Shown: piece after piece, positions 48,702 through 58,912 of the stretch
Numbering within the stretch: position 1 is the stretch's first letter
Layout of the letters: each line of letters opens with the position of its first letter
Assembly: GCA_963677595.1 (NCBI GenBank)
Contig: OY782041.1
Coordinates: forward strand, 32,001-96,000
Source: Spirochaetia bacterium
GTDB lineage: Bacteria; Spirochaetota; Spirochaetia; CAKZLE01
DNA: 64,000 nucleotides
Direction of reading: 5' to 3'
Program-made: the position numbers and the translations under genes
Notes under the pieces: generated by a model
What the model was told of the DNA's origin: nothing
Seen by the model: only the letters and a program-made list of their open reading frames with translations
The model's database searches: none

Positions 48702-51196
48702 AGGGAGTTCTCCTTTCCATCATACCCCACCAGATCATGTATCCTATAGTCCAATTCAATCTCTAGAGAAGCTTCATTCATCATTCGGATGCATGTCAGC
48801 CCTTTGGTGATATCGTACCAAAAGGCTTTCATACAAGTTCTGAACTCACGTTCATATTGACAGCATACAGACTCTTCACGATTGATTGTAACATTTTTAG
48901 GGGCATATGACCGTCCGGAACACATGATATCGATCTGCTTGACAGGGTCTGGGAATGATCCTGTTTTTGAGATATGGATCTTGACCGTATCCCCATCGAT
49001 CTCTGTGCTGATCTCAGTTTCCAGGAACTCTCCATGCTGATACCGATTGGAAACCCCATCATCCAGATACATCGTGAAAGCTCCGGCTTCAGAACATTCA
49101 ATTAACAGTGAGAGGGTCTCGATATCTGTCGACAGTCGTCTACCGGGTTTGATGATGGGAATGATACACCCCTGCCGGTAGAAAATTGGGATGTCTTCCA
49201 GCCCAACTTCCAATTGCACCTGCTCATATTGATTCTTTACATGGTATACCTTATGAGTATTCCAGTCATGCCAGACACAGGGCCCCGGCAGCAATACCTG
49301 CCGCGTAACGGCACCCTCTTCCACAACATTCGCAATAAGAAGATACGGCCCAAAGAGGAAATCGAAGCTATTATCCAGGTACGCATCATGCCTCTCAAAC
49401 TCATAGATCATTGGCCTCATAACCGGGTCTCCTTCGATCGAGGCGATCCTGAATAGAGAATACAGGTAAAGGGCCAGTGAATACCGAAGGTCGAATGCCT
49501 GCCTGATGAGATCATTATAGGCACCATAATTGTTCGGATTTGTGACAGTGTTATCTTCATTGCATGAATGAATACAGAATCGGGGATGAAACACTCCATG
49601 CTGGACCCACCGGACAAACAGTTCCGGATTTGGTGCCGGCCCCATGAACCCTCCGATATCCGATCCTGCATTTGCTATCCCCGACAACCCCAGTCCCAGC
49701 AGGATCGGTATCCCGAATTTGAGACTATGCCAGCTTGTGTAATTATCACCGGTCCATGTCTGAGCATACCTCTGTATGCCTGCATACCCAGCACGGCTAA
49801 GGACAAACGGCCTCATATTGGAATTATGGCTTCTGAGAGCATCGATCGTTGTCTTTGCCATCAGATTCGCCTGAAGAGATTTCAGATCCTTTGCAGGGAA
49901 CTCACCTCCGCCATACTCGATTACGGCATCATCATTAGCTATTTCATATTCATTGTTATCGTTCCAGAAATAGTGTATTCCCAGAGAGATGAGAGATTGG
50001 CCAAGATACCGTTTCCACATGGATCGCCCTGCCGGACTGGCAAAATTCACCAAGGAAGCATCTCCTCCCCAGAATCGCTCAGTGATCGGTGTATTCAATC
50101 GCCCGTCTTCGATAAAGGCACCCGCCTCCCTGAACTCTTCATATAGCGGATGATCGGTGAGAAGTGCCGGTTTCACATTTGGGGACAAGAAAATCTGATG
50201 CTCTCTTAGCCAGGAAACAAACGCTTCAGGATCGGGGAAACGTTGACTATTCCATTGAAAAACATAGCGTTTCCCATTCAGAGCGGTATACCCGCTGGAC
50301 ATATGGAAAGCGTCCAGGGGGAACCTGTCCTCATCAAGAGACTGTAAAAATCGCTGGATACCGGAATCTGATCGTTCTTTCAGTTCCGTGTAGTACATAG
50401 TCGATGCAAGGTAGCCGAGACTCTTGTAGATTGGCAAACGGGTTTTCCCAGTGATATCAGTGAACTTCCTTACGACCTGTCGAATACTGTCGCCGTGGAT
50501 GAAATAATAATCTAATTGCCCCCCGAAAGTTTTGAACTCGATCTTCTTCCCCCAGTATCCGCTTCGCTCACAATCAACATCCAATTCAGATTCGCAAGTC
50601 ACGTCATAGAAGATACCCGATGAAATATCCTGTTCCGGGTCTCGCAGGATCAGGAACGGGATATGTTTATATAATGGATCTGAATTCTCACTGTCATACC
50701 CGATGGCATCATTGGTCGATAATCTGAAACGACGATGATCCTTATTTAGCAAGCCGGACTTATCCCCCAGCCCATAAAATCCCCGATACCCGAGCTTCAT
50801 GAACGTATGATAACGAACATCATTCTTGTCGATATAATATGATCGTTTTGGTATATCCTGATGCAGAACACGGGCTGTATGGTCCAAGATCTTCAAGCTG
50901 AAATCGCATGTATCAATAACGATGATCAGATCGGAACTGGTAAGCGTTATCAACCCGGATTCTTCGGAAACCTGGAACGGTAACTCATCCACGATGATGA
51001 TCTCATCGTCCAGATATGCTGCATGATCTGTTCTCTCAGTGCGAAGGATAGCCCCTTTTATATGATTGTCGAAATCTGCCTCCTTGAAAGCATATTCGAT
51101 CCGGACGATCCCCTCCTGGAGGAAGGTGATACGGCATTGGTCATCCAATCTTCTGAAGTAAATGCCGTTTTTTATGTTACAATACGAAAATTCCAT
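48698..51196 (-). CDS. GH31 glycoside hydrolase (WNDNNE type)
   Basis: DPLYKHIPF, WNDNNE nucleophile motif, WTGDN, GSDIGGF, PRFCIHS. Confidence 0.88.
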   Translation of the reverse strand: MEFSYCNIKNGIYFRRLDDQCRITFLQEGIVRIEYAFKEADFDNHIKGAILRTERTDHAAYLDDEIIIVDELPFQVSEESGLITLTSSDLIIVIDTCDFSLKILDHTARVLHQDIPKRSYYIDKNDVRYHTFMKLGYRGFYGLGDKSGLLNKDHRRFRLSTNDAIGYDSENSDPLYKHIPFLILRDPEQDISSGIFYDVTCESELDVDCERSGYWGKKIEFKTFGGQLDYYFIHGDSIRQVVRKFTDITGKTRLPIYKSLGYLASTMYYTELKERSDSGIQRFLQSLDEDRFPLDAFHMSSGYTALNGKRYVFQWNSQRFPDPEAFVSWLREHQIFLSPNVKPALLTDHPLYEEFREAGAFIEDGRLNTPITERFWGGDASLVNFASPAGRSMWKRYLGQSLISLGIHYFWNDNNEYEIANDDAVIEYGGGEFPAKDLKSLQANLMAKTTIDALRSHNSNMRPFVLSRAGYAGIQRYAQTWTGDNYTSWHSLKFGIPILLGLGLSGIANAGSDIGGFMGPAPNPELFVRWVQHGVFHPRFCIHSCNEDNTVTNPNNYGAYNDLIRQAFDLRYSLALYLYSLFRIASIEGDPVMRPMIYEFERHDAYLDNSFDFLFGPYLLIANVVEEGAVTRQVLLPGPCVWHDWNTHKVYHVKNQYEQVQLEVGLEDIPIFYRQGCIIPIIKPGRRLSTDIETLSLLIECSEAGAFTMYLDDGVSNRYQHGEFLETEISTEIDGDTVKIHISKTGSFPDPVKQIDIMCSGRSYAPKNVTINREESVCCQYEREFRTCMKAFWYDITKGLTCIRMMNEASLEIELDYRIHDLVGYDGKENSL

Positions 51197-51206
51197 ACAC
51201 TTTCCC

Positions 51207-52022
51207 CTAACCCTTGAGGCCTGAAGTCACAATCCCCTTGATGAACGTCCTCTGGAACACAAGGAATACAATGAGTACAGGAATCATCGTTATGACAGAC
51301 ATTGCCAGCAGACTGTTCCAGTCAACCGTGAACTCCCCTGAGTAGTTTGCCAGTGCCAGCTGAAGAGTATAACGTTTCGTGCTTCTTACAACCAATAGCG
51401 GCCAAAGATAGTCGTTCCATCGCCACAGGAAGGAAAAAATAGCCAAAGCACTCATAACTGGTTTCGCGATCGGCAGCATGATCCGTACGAAGATCACACT
51501 CTCCCTGGCTCCGTCGATCCTGGCAGCTGACATCAGTTCATTTGGGACACCCTTGAAGAACTGCCGAACAAGGAACACTCCTGCAGGGGTTGCCGCAGGC
51601 GGGATAATCAAGCCAAGGAAGCTGTTGTACATCCCGAAGAACTTAACTACCTGGAAGATAGGGATCATCACGACCTCTAAAGGTATCATCAGAGTTGACA
51701 AGAACAGTAAAAACAGAAAGTTGTTTCCCCGAAACTGGTACTTTGCAAACACATATCCAGCCATGGTGTTGATGATCACCGTAAGGAGTGTGGACATCGA
51801 AGCCACCATGAAGCTGTTATAGAACGTCTGGAAAAAATTTGTAGAGGACAAGACTGTCGTGTAGTTTGACAAGACGGGGTTAACAGGGAATATCGTCGGA
51901 GGCCATCGGAACAGTTCCGATCCCCCTTTAAATGAAGACATAGTGACCCATAGTATTGGAAAGAGGAAAATGATACTTATAAGGACGGACAACAGAATGA
52001 CAATTTTATTATGCGTTTTCAT
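51207..52022 (-). CDS. Carbohydrate ABC permease
   Basis: ELMSAARIDGA, WNDYLWP, QRTFIKG. Confidence 0.9.
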   Translation of the reverse strand: MKTHNKIVILLSVLISIIFLFPILWVTMSSFKGGSELFRWPPTIFPVNPVLSNYTTVLSSTNFFQTFYNSFMVASMSTLLTVIINTMAGYVFAKYQFRGNNFLFLLFLSTLMIPLEVVMIPIFQVVKFFGMYNSFLGLIIPPAATPAGVFLVRQFFKGVPNELMSAARIDGARESVIFVRIMLPIAKPVMSALAIFSFLWRWNDYLWPLLVVRSTKRYTLQLALANYSGEFTVDWNSLLAMSVITMIPVLIVFLVFQRTFIKGIVTSGLKG

Positions 52023-52902
52023 CGTTTTGTCCCTCTTTGTTGAGATAGAATTGTATGATTGTGAAGCCTGCCATAAGAAGGAACATGACAACCGATAAGG
52101 CACTTGCATAGCCCATATCTAATTCCTGGAATGCCCGTTCGTAAACATATTGGACACCGAACTTCGTAGCGGTCCCGGGTCCGCCCTCAGTCAGGGCAAT
52201 AATGAGCCCATATGCCTTGAAGAGGTCGATCAAGCCGAGGATCATGACAAGGAATGTTGTCGGCCGCAATTGAGGCAGGGTTATGCGAAAGAACGTTTGG
52301 ATTGGAGTCGCCCCATCAACCCTGGCTGACTCAAACGTCGACATCGGAATGCTCTGTAGCCCCGTTATATAGGCTATCATGTAAAAACCGGATCTCGACC
52401 ATACTGTAGCCATGGAAACGACTAGCAGTGCTGTGAATTTGTTTGTCAGCCACTCGACCCTCCCAAGGTGTAATAGCTCCAGAAAGTAGTTTATGATCCC
52501 TGCATTGTCTCCAAAGATGAATCGAAACGAAATCCCGACGACTATGTAGGAGATCATTGAAGGCCAGTAGAAAATTGCCCGAAATACACTTTGTCCTTTG
52601 ACATCCTGAGTCATCAATACGGCAAGGAGCAAAGGGACCATCATGATGAATGGCAACGAGAGCGTGATATAATATAGATTCCGCAGGATCGCCGTCCAGA
52701 ATTTCCCATCATGAAACAGACGGATGAAATTCTCCATTCCAATAAATGACATAGCCCCTAAACCACTCCAGTCAGTCAAGGCATAAAAAAAGCCAAAACC
52801 CGCTGGAATGATAACGAATGCTACAAAAATAAAAAAATTCGGCAGTATCATGATATAAGGGAAGAATCTTCTTTCCAGTGATACATTCCTAGTTTTCTTC
52901 AT
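52009..52902 (-). CDS. Carbohydrate ABC permease
   Basis: FESARVDGA, TEGGPG, MGYASA. Confidence 0.9.
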   Translation of the reverse strand: MKKTRNVSLERRFFPYIMILPNFFIFVAFVIIPAGFGFFYALTDWSGLGAMSFIGMENFIRLFHDGKFWTAILRNLYYITLSLPFIMMVPLLLAVLMTQDVKGQSVFRAIFYWPSMISYIVVGISFRFIFGDNAGIINYFLELLHLGRVEWLTNKFTALLVVSMATVWSRSGFYMIAYITGLQSIPMSTFESARVDGATPIQTFFRITLPQLRPTTFLVMILGLIDLFKAYGLIIALTEGGPGTATKFGVQYVYERAFQELDMGYASALSVVMFLLMAGFTIIQFYLNKEGQNDENA

Positions 52903-53010
52903 GTAATTCTTCTTCCTTAAAAAAATTTGAGTCTGTGCAGAACCCGCTGATAACAAAAGCCTATATGACAAATCCTGCACCAGACTCAGTATAACCCGGT
53001 ATACCGTGTT

Positions 53011-54279
53011 CTAGAAAATACTCGAAGCTGCTTCGTCCACTTCCTGCACAAAATCTTCAGTTGAGGTGTCCCCTGATATCACGGCTTTCATACCGTCGAT
53101 AAGGGCTGTTCTGATACTGGCAATCAACCCAGGATATCCCCAGTCAAAACTTGCCGCCGGAACCGTATTGGCGAGTTCGTTCGCAAAGATGGAGAAGTAT
53201 TCCTTCCCAAAGGAATATTCAAGATTTGCATTGTCCAGCCTTGGGCTCAGGAAAAGGGAATCTTCACAGAACTGTGCATTTGCTTCCTGTCCCGTTACCC
53301 ATGCGATAAAATCAGCGGCTTCCTGCTCAACTCCGGAACCTTTGAATGCCGCGATCTGTTTCCCACCGGGTACTGATGAACGATACATTTCCTTTGGGAG
53401 ATAGGTAACACCCCACTCGAAATCCGTAATATTATCCCGGTAATTCGCAAGGATCCAGCTTCCTGAGAGATGTGCTGCGACCTGTCCGGAGCGGAACAGG
53501 TTATTCGGGTTCTCTCCGCCTAACCAGGTGGACTTAGGGATCACCCCATCATCAAACATCTTCTTGGTAAAATTGACAGCAGCGATGGATTCAGGAGAAT
53601 TGAAAGCTGGACCATACTGATCAACAAATCGTCCACCGAATTCATACAGCATGGTGGACCAGCGGTGAGTCGGGTTATCGATCACAAAGCCATAACGCAC
53701 ATCGCTGTTGGCTACGACTTTCTTCAATGCCGCATCAAACTCTTCCCAGGTCCATATGTTATCCGGTGACTGAGGAACCGAAACACCAGCCTGATCAAAA
53801 GCTGTTTTATTATAGATAAGTCCGTTTGCTGTGACATCAGTTGGTGCAGCACACATTTTCCCGTTTATCACGAAGTAATTCTGGATCGCCGGCAAAAACT
53901 GATCAAGAAAAGCATCGCCGTCAGCAACATAGTCTTTAAGATTGATCGTAGCTTCGTTGATATTACTTAAAAGACCTTCAGTCGTTCTTGCCAAAGCTGG
54001 GGGTTCTCCACCGCTTACAGACATCATGATCTTATTCAAAGCATCCTCGAATGGAACTTCGATAAGTTCAATCTTGATCCCTGGAGTTAGCCCCTCATAC
54101 TGTTCAATCAACTTTTTCATTACCTGTGTTTCTACTCCGTCAGCAAACCAGAACATCTCAAGGGTCTTAATTTCCTCTTTCTCAGCCGTTCCTCCGGCTA
54201 TAGCATTTCCTATACCCAGAACAAAAAAGATGAGGATCAATGCGGAGAAGCGTCCCAAAGTCCTAAATGAATTACCCAT
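53011..54279 (-). CDS. Carbohydrate ABC solute-binding protein
   Basis: Signal peptide with AGG-AE start of the mature part, YNKTAF, WTWEEF, SGSW. Confidence 0.88.
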   Translation of the reverse strand: MGNSFRTLGRFSALILIFFVLGIGNAIAGGTAEKEEIKTLEMFWFADGVETQVMKKLIEQYEGLTPGIKIELIEVPFEDALNKIMMSVSGGEPPALARTTEGLLSNINEATINLKDYVADGDAFLDQFLPAIQNYFVINGKMCAAPTDVTANGLIYNKTAFDQAGVSVPQSPDNIWTWEEFDAALKKVVANSDVRYGFVIDNPTHRWSTMLYEFGGRFVDQYGPAFNSPESIAAVNFTKKMFDDGVIPKSTWLGGENPNNLFRSGQVAAHLSGSWILANYRDNITDFEWGVTYLPKEMYRSSVPGGKQIAAFKGSGVEQEAADFIAWVTGQEANAQFCEDSLFLSPRLDNANLEYSFGKEYFSIFANELANTVPAASFDWGYPGLIASIRTALIDGMKAVISGDTSTEDFVQEVDEAASSIF

Positions 54280-54370
54280 AACTAATACTCTCCTTTTCCT
54301 TTTTAGATTACATTCATCCATTACCGGAAAACCACCCCTTCTCAGGCACATTCCGGGAATGGATGAAATT

Positions 54371-54394
54371 TATATGCAAAACGTTTTGCATATA
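54371..54394. promoter_or_regulatory. LacI-family operator
   Basis: Perfect 24-bp palindrome tatatgcaaaac-gttttgcatata with central CG, between the LacI gene and the ABC operon. Confidence 0.85.
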
Positions 54395-54485
54395 TTGTTT
54401 ATATCCTACGCAAATGGTTTTGTCAAGCTATTTTTTCGGTATAAACATTATTGACTGCAGCTAGAATATCAGATACGTTTTGATT

Positions 54486-55478
54486 ATGGTCAAGATTACC
54501 GATGTCGCAAAAAAAGCAAATGTCTCCCCTACTACCGTAAGTCAGGTACTGTCAGGAAACCGCCCGGTAAACAAAAAGACCAGAGCCCGGGTACTCTCGG
54601 TGATAGAGGAACTTGGCTATGTCCCCAACCCGAATGCACAAGCCTTGAAGTCCTCCCGCACTGGAATCATTGGCTTATACGCTGATGATATAACCGAACC
54701 ATTCATCATCGAAACCATAAGAGGTGTTGAATCGATCCTGGTCCCGAATCAGAATCATCTCATCTTAGCTTCGGGTGCCGAGTTCCAGAATGATATCAAT
54801 GAAGCTATTAAGTTCCTCAATAACCGTAAAGTCGATGGTATCATTCTCTGCTTTGGTATCCTGATATCAAATACGGAAAAATCTATCGACCTTCTCGGTA
54901 AGCCAGCTGTTTCCATAAACAGGGAATTCAAAGGCCTTATGCCCAGTATCATGCCTGACAACTATACGGCAGGAAAAGATATCGCAGATCACCTGTGGAA
55001 GAAGGGTGCCCGCTTTCCGGTGATAGCCAGCGGGCCGCAGGGAAGAGTCGCAAGCGATGACCGCGTCAGGGGATTCAGAGATGCTCTGGCTGAGAAAGGT
55101 TTAGTGATCCCGGATTCAAAGATTCTCCACGGCCCTTTTATCTTTGATGGCGGATACAGGATGATGGAATCATTCATAAACAACAATACGGAGATGGACA
55201 GTCTGTTCTGTGCAAATGATTATATTGCGTGCGGAGCGATCCAGGCAGCCATCGATCATGGTCTTCGTGTCCCTGAGGACATCCTGATAGTAGGATTTGA
55301 CAATCGTGAATTCTCAGCGTTTTGGCCGATACCTGTAACAACCTTGCAGCAACCGCATTATGAAATGGGAGCACATGGCGCAAGACTTCTCATTGAGTCG
55401 ATTAGCTCGGAGTCTACTGTCTCAAACGAGATAAAGATGAGTTGCAGTCTCATTGAGCGGGCAAGCACCGGCGGATGA
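54486..55478 (+). CDS. LacI-family transcriptional regulator
   Basis: ITDVAKKANVSPTTVS, LGYVPN, CAND, VGFDN, ERAST. Confidence 0.93.
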   Translation: MVKITDVAKKANVSPTTVSQVLSGNRPVNKKTRARVLSVIEELGYVPNPNAQALKSSRTGIIGLYADDITEPFIIETIRGVESILVPNQNHLILASGAEFQNDINEAIKFLNNRKVDGIILCFGILISNTEKSIDLLGKPAVSINREFKGLMPSIMPDNYTAGKDIADHLWKKGARFPVIASGPQGRVASDDRVRGFRDALAEKGLVIPDSKILHGPFIFDGGYRMMESFINNNTEMDSLFCANDYIACGAIQAAIDHGLRVPEDILIVGFDNREFSAFWPIPVTTLQQPHYEMGAHGARLLIESISSESTVSNEIKMSCSLIERASTGG

Positions 55479-55606
55479 CAGATTCTCGTTTTTCATGGGA
55501 AGGTCTGAATCAATATCTTGTATATAGGATTCCCCATAACCACTGATAGTAAAAGGCCCGAATCTTAACGATCCGGACCTTCTCATTCATGAGGATTTGT
55601 TATTGC

Positions 55607-56512
55607 CTACGTCCACTCGTCAAGCAGTTCCTTCACCTCATCGATGTTGTTCTTGTCTCCCTTGGACGGGGACGGCATAGCGTTGTACTGGTCGATGAGC
55701 CAGTTGACGATGATGAGGGCCTCTTCCTGGTCTCCCATGTCCTGCAGCCGCTTATTGGTGTACTCCGGCCGGTAATCTGCACCGAGCTCGCCCTCGAAGT
55801 ACCACATCTTCTCGAACTCTGCAGATTTCTTCTTGTAGTTCTTTGCCTCCCCTTCGATCTTCCCCTTCCGGTCCCGCTGCTTCCAGTTCCGTTTCCACAA
55901 CGTCTCAGCAAGGCTCTTGTAGTAGGAGATCTTCAGGTCATCCTCGGCATAGGCGTCTATGGCCTTTCTCGCGAAGGAGACGGAGAATACCACATTTCCG
56001 AATGAGAGCGGCCAGCCGGGCAGCAGAAGATGCAGGCGACCGAAGACATACCATGCATCGGCATAATTCTTGTCATATTCGATGACCTTCAGCAGGTCCT
56101 TCTTCATCGGGTCAGCCTTGAAGAGCGAGTCCAGGATCCCCTTGGTCTCACCCCACCTGCCGACATTGGACGATTTCCAGTAGTAAGCATCAGCAGACGG
56201 CTTCAGGTCGATCGCCTTCTCAGCGAATTCCCGACCCTCGTCGAAATGCTTCAACAGGGTATTCTTATCAACGCCGTCCCGTTCCTCATCATCGGTGATG
56301 AAGAGCTTGAACCGAGAGAGCCTCCAGTAGACTTCCGCCTTCTCACTGTCATTCGCAGCCTTGCCGAGGGTATCCTCCATGAGGGCATACCCTTCGATAT
56401 ACTGTTCAGCATCATAGAGGGCATCTGCATCTGCCAGAGCCCCCGTGATCGCTGCAGAAAGTGCCGGTATGGCGAACAGGCACAGCAGTGCGATAACCAT
56501 AATACGTTTCAT
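55607..56512 (-). CDS. Exported TPR-like helical protein
   Basis: Signal peptide MKRIMVIALLCLFAIPALSA; YWRLSR, AYYW, LPGWPLSFG. Confidence 0.7.
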   Translation of the reverse strand: MKRIMVIALLCLFAIPALSAAITGALADADALYDAEQYIEGYALMEDTLGKAANDSEKAEVYWRLSRFKLFITDDEERDGVDKNTLLKHFDEGREFAEKAIDLKPSADAYYWKSSNVGRWGETKGILDSLFKADPMKKDLLKVIEYDKNYADAWYVFGRLHLLLPGWPLSFGNVVFSVSFARKAIDAYAEDDLKISYYKSLAETLWKRNWKQRDRKGKIEGEAKNYKKKSAEFEKMWYFEGELGADYRPEYTNKRLQDMGDQEEALIIVNWLIDQYNAMPSPSKGDKNNIDEVKELLDEWT

Positions 56513-56737
56513 GAAACCTCCCTTTTGACCATTCATCATGAATCCTCTACGGATCAGAAGTTTTTCCTACATAGTGCTACGTCTTAGTAAGATTATATCG
56601 TGGTATCAAAAACTTCCAAAGCTAATTCCTTACGAGCTTTCTGTAAGAAATTAGCTCATTATACCAGAAAATCGTGAGAATAGTATGAAAAAACACAGGA
56701 ATGGGAATTCGTGCAGAGCAGATGACGGCCTGGGACG

Positions 56738-56767
56738 CAAGAAGCCGGGGTCTCCCCCGGCTTCTTG
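56738..56767 (-). terminator. Hairpin after glyA
   Basis: caagaagccgggg-tctc-ccccggcttcttg. Confidence 0.7.
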
Positions 56768-56783
56768 ACTGTAGGCTCACACA

Positions 56784-58307
56784 CTATGTGGCGATGAAGA
56801 ACTCTTCCTTCAGGAATCCGAGATCGATCTCGGGATAGACAGGGTACTGATCGAGCAGTGCCTTCACTCGTGACCTTGCCTCGCTGATGACAGCGTCGTC
56901 GATCGTGTATTTTGCCTTGCTCGGCTTCCCGGCATTCTTCCCCTTGGTCAGGATCAGCGGCTCAGTTCCCTCGAGGACGAGGCGCACGATCGCTGCGATC
57001 TCCTTCATCTGCTCTACTCCCATTCCCAGGGTGGTGACAGCAGGAGTCCCGATTCGCAGGCCGCTGGTGTACCAGGGGCCGTTCGGGTCGAAGGGAAGCG
57101 CGTTCCTGTTCAGTGTCACACCGCACTCCCGGAGCACGCTCTCAGCCTGTCGGCCATTGAGGCCGAAGGATCGTACATCGAGAAGCATCAGGTGGTTGTC
57201 CGTCCCGCCGGTAGCGATCGTTATCCCCTCCTCGATGCAGGCTGCTGCGAGTGCACGTGAGTTCTCGACGATCTTCTTCGCATAGGCCTGGTACTCTTCA
57301 GTAAGGGCTTCGGTGTAGGCCACAGCCTTGGCAGCCATCATGTGGGGAAGCGGCCCGCCGAGCACCATCGGACATCCCTTGTCCAGGGCTTCTGCAAACT
57401 CCTTCGTCGAGAGGACCATACCGCCCCTCGGCCCCCGCAGGGTCTTGTGGGTGGTGGTGGTGACCACGTCCGCATAGGCTACCGGGTTGTAGACTCCGGT
57501 CATCTGCTTACCGGCTACGAGTCCGGAGAAGTGAGCCATGTCGACCATGAGGACTGCCCCGACCTTGTCAGCGATCTCCCGCATCCTGCTGAAATCGATG
57601 AGTCTCGGGTAGGCACTGTATCCCGCGAGGAGGATCAGCGGCTTGATCTCTTCAGCAAGGGCTTCGAGCTCGTCATAATCGAGCAGCCCGGTCTCCTTAC
57701 TGACGCTGTAGCTGTAGGCATCGAACATCTGGGCTGAGATGTTGTGACGGTACCCATGGGTCAGGTGCCCGCCTGAATAGTAGTCCAGGCCGAGCAGTCG
57801 CTGGTTCCCGAGTTTCTCCCGGACCACATCCCAGTCCTCACGGGAGAGGTTCGCCGGGTTCAGCTCATCGAGAGCTTCCAGGGCAGGAGTCTCGATCTTC
57901 GTCGAGAGGATCGCCCAGTAGGCTACCAGGTTGGCATCAGCCCCGCTGTGCGGCTGCACGTAGGCATGGTCTGCACCGAAGATCTCACAGGCCTTCTCGG
58001 CAGCCAGCGCCTCGATGGCATCGACATTGTCGCAGCCGGCGTAGAAGCGGTGGTAGGGGAAGCCTTCCGCATATTTGTCAGTCAGCAGGTTGCCCATCGC
58101 CGCCTGGGTCGAGAGTGAGGTATAGTTCTCACTCGCGATCAGTTTCAGGTTCGACCGCTGGTCCTCGAGCTCCTTCACGATCGATGAGGCAACCTCCGGG
58201 CTGACCTCCCTGACCTTCTCGAGACTGGTGATGTAGTTCAAACAACCAGTGTTGACCTGCTCGACGCCGACCTCTTTGATATAGCGAATTACTGCTGACT
58301 CTTTCAT
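56784..58307 (-). CDS. glyA: Serine hydroxymethyltransferase (long form)
   Basis: LIASEN, KYAEG, GGHLTHG, DMAH, TTTHKTLRGPRGG, SGLRIGTPA. Confidence 0.96.
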   Translation of the reverse strand: MKESAVIRYIKEVGVEQVNTGCLNYITSLEKVREVSPEVASSIVKELEDQRSNLKLIASENYTSLSTQAAMGNLLTDKYAEGFPYHRFYAGCDNVDAIEALAAEKACEIFGADHAYVQPHSGADANLVAYWAILSTKIETPALEALDELNPANLSREDWDVVREKLGNQRLLGLDYYSGGHLTHGYRHNISAQMFDAYSYSVSKETGLLDYDELEALAEEIKPLILLAGYSAYPRLIDFSRMREIADKVGAVLMVDMAHFSGLVAGKQMTGVYNPVAYADVVTTTTHKTLRGPRGGMVLSTKEFAEALDKGCPMVLGGPLPHMMAAKAVAYTEALTEEYQAYAKKIVENSRALAAACIEEGITIATGGTDNHLMLLDVRSFGLNGRQAESVLRECGVTLNRNALPFDPNGPWYTSGLRIGTPAVTTLGMGVEQMKEIAAIVRLVLEGTEPLILTKGKNAGKPSKAKYTIDDAVISEARSRVKALLDQYPVYPEIDLGFLKEEFFIAT

Positions 58308-58661
58308 GGCTTCTCCTTCTTATTTGCAACAAACTAAAACAGAAATTATGTATCTATAAATTTTCTATCTCTATATAGTACTATTTCTAATATATTCTAC
58401 GATAATTTGCAATTGTCCGCAATTAGATATGGATAAATTTCTTATTTTATATCATAGATCGCTGATTTCGTAAATCTTTTTTTAATTGTTATATACGTTT
58501 GGACACTAATAGTCTATACTTACAGCTAGTTACAGGTTGTAACCATCACTCAAGATACTTGTTAAGTATCTTGAATGCATAATTCTTTACAATAACCTTG
58601 CATAATCAGGGTATTGTGATATTATTTTATGTATAATCAAAATACCACCAAGGGGGTTCAC

Positions 58662-58838
58662 ATGAGCTTACATGAACAAATCGTTGAACAGTATGAGATC
58701 TATATTGCAGAAAGTCAGAAGTTTGAAGGGAAAGGCGTAAAGGCGTCGGCTACACGTGCAAGAAAGGCACTTGGTGAACTTGGCAAACTTGCAAAAGAAA
58801 GACGAAAAGAGATTCAGGACGCTAAGAACGAACTGTAG
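58662..58838 (+). CDS. Small histone H1-like (Hc1-type) protein
   Basis: KFEGKGVKASATRARKAL..LAKERRK pattern; own SD and terminator. Confidence 0.72.
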   Translation: MSLHEQIVEQYEIYIAESQKFEGKGVKASATRARKALGELGKLAKERRKEIQDAKNEL

Positions 58839-58861
58839 ACCTCTGGTACTTTCGTGAATAG

Positions 58862-58893
58862 AAAAGGACTCAACGGTGTTGAGTCCTTTTTTT
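58862..58893. terminator. Bidirectional Rho-independent terminator
   Basis: aaaaggactcaac-ggt-gttgagtcctttttt. Confidence 0.85.
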
Positions 58894-58912
58894 ATGTGTC
58901 CGGGGTCACCCC

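Noticed and set aside
52928-52988. Long-loop hairpin between SBP and permease genes as an ncRNA
   Set aside because: Stem-loops after SBP genes are routine mRNA stabilisers; no special motif in the loop.
43817-55550. Mobile element boundaries for the uronate island
   Set aside because: No integrase, transposase, tRNA or flanking direct repeats were seen.
58310-58660. AT-rich spacer as replication origin
   Set aside because: Only one mismatched DnaA-box-like 9-mer was seen and there is no dnaA/dnaN context.
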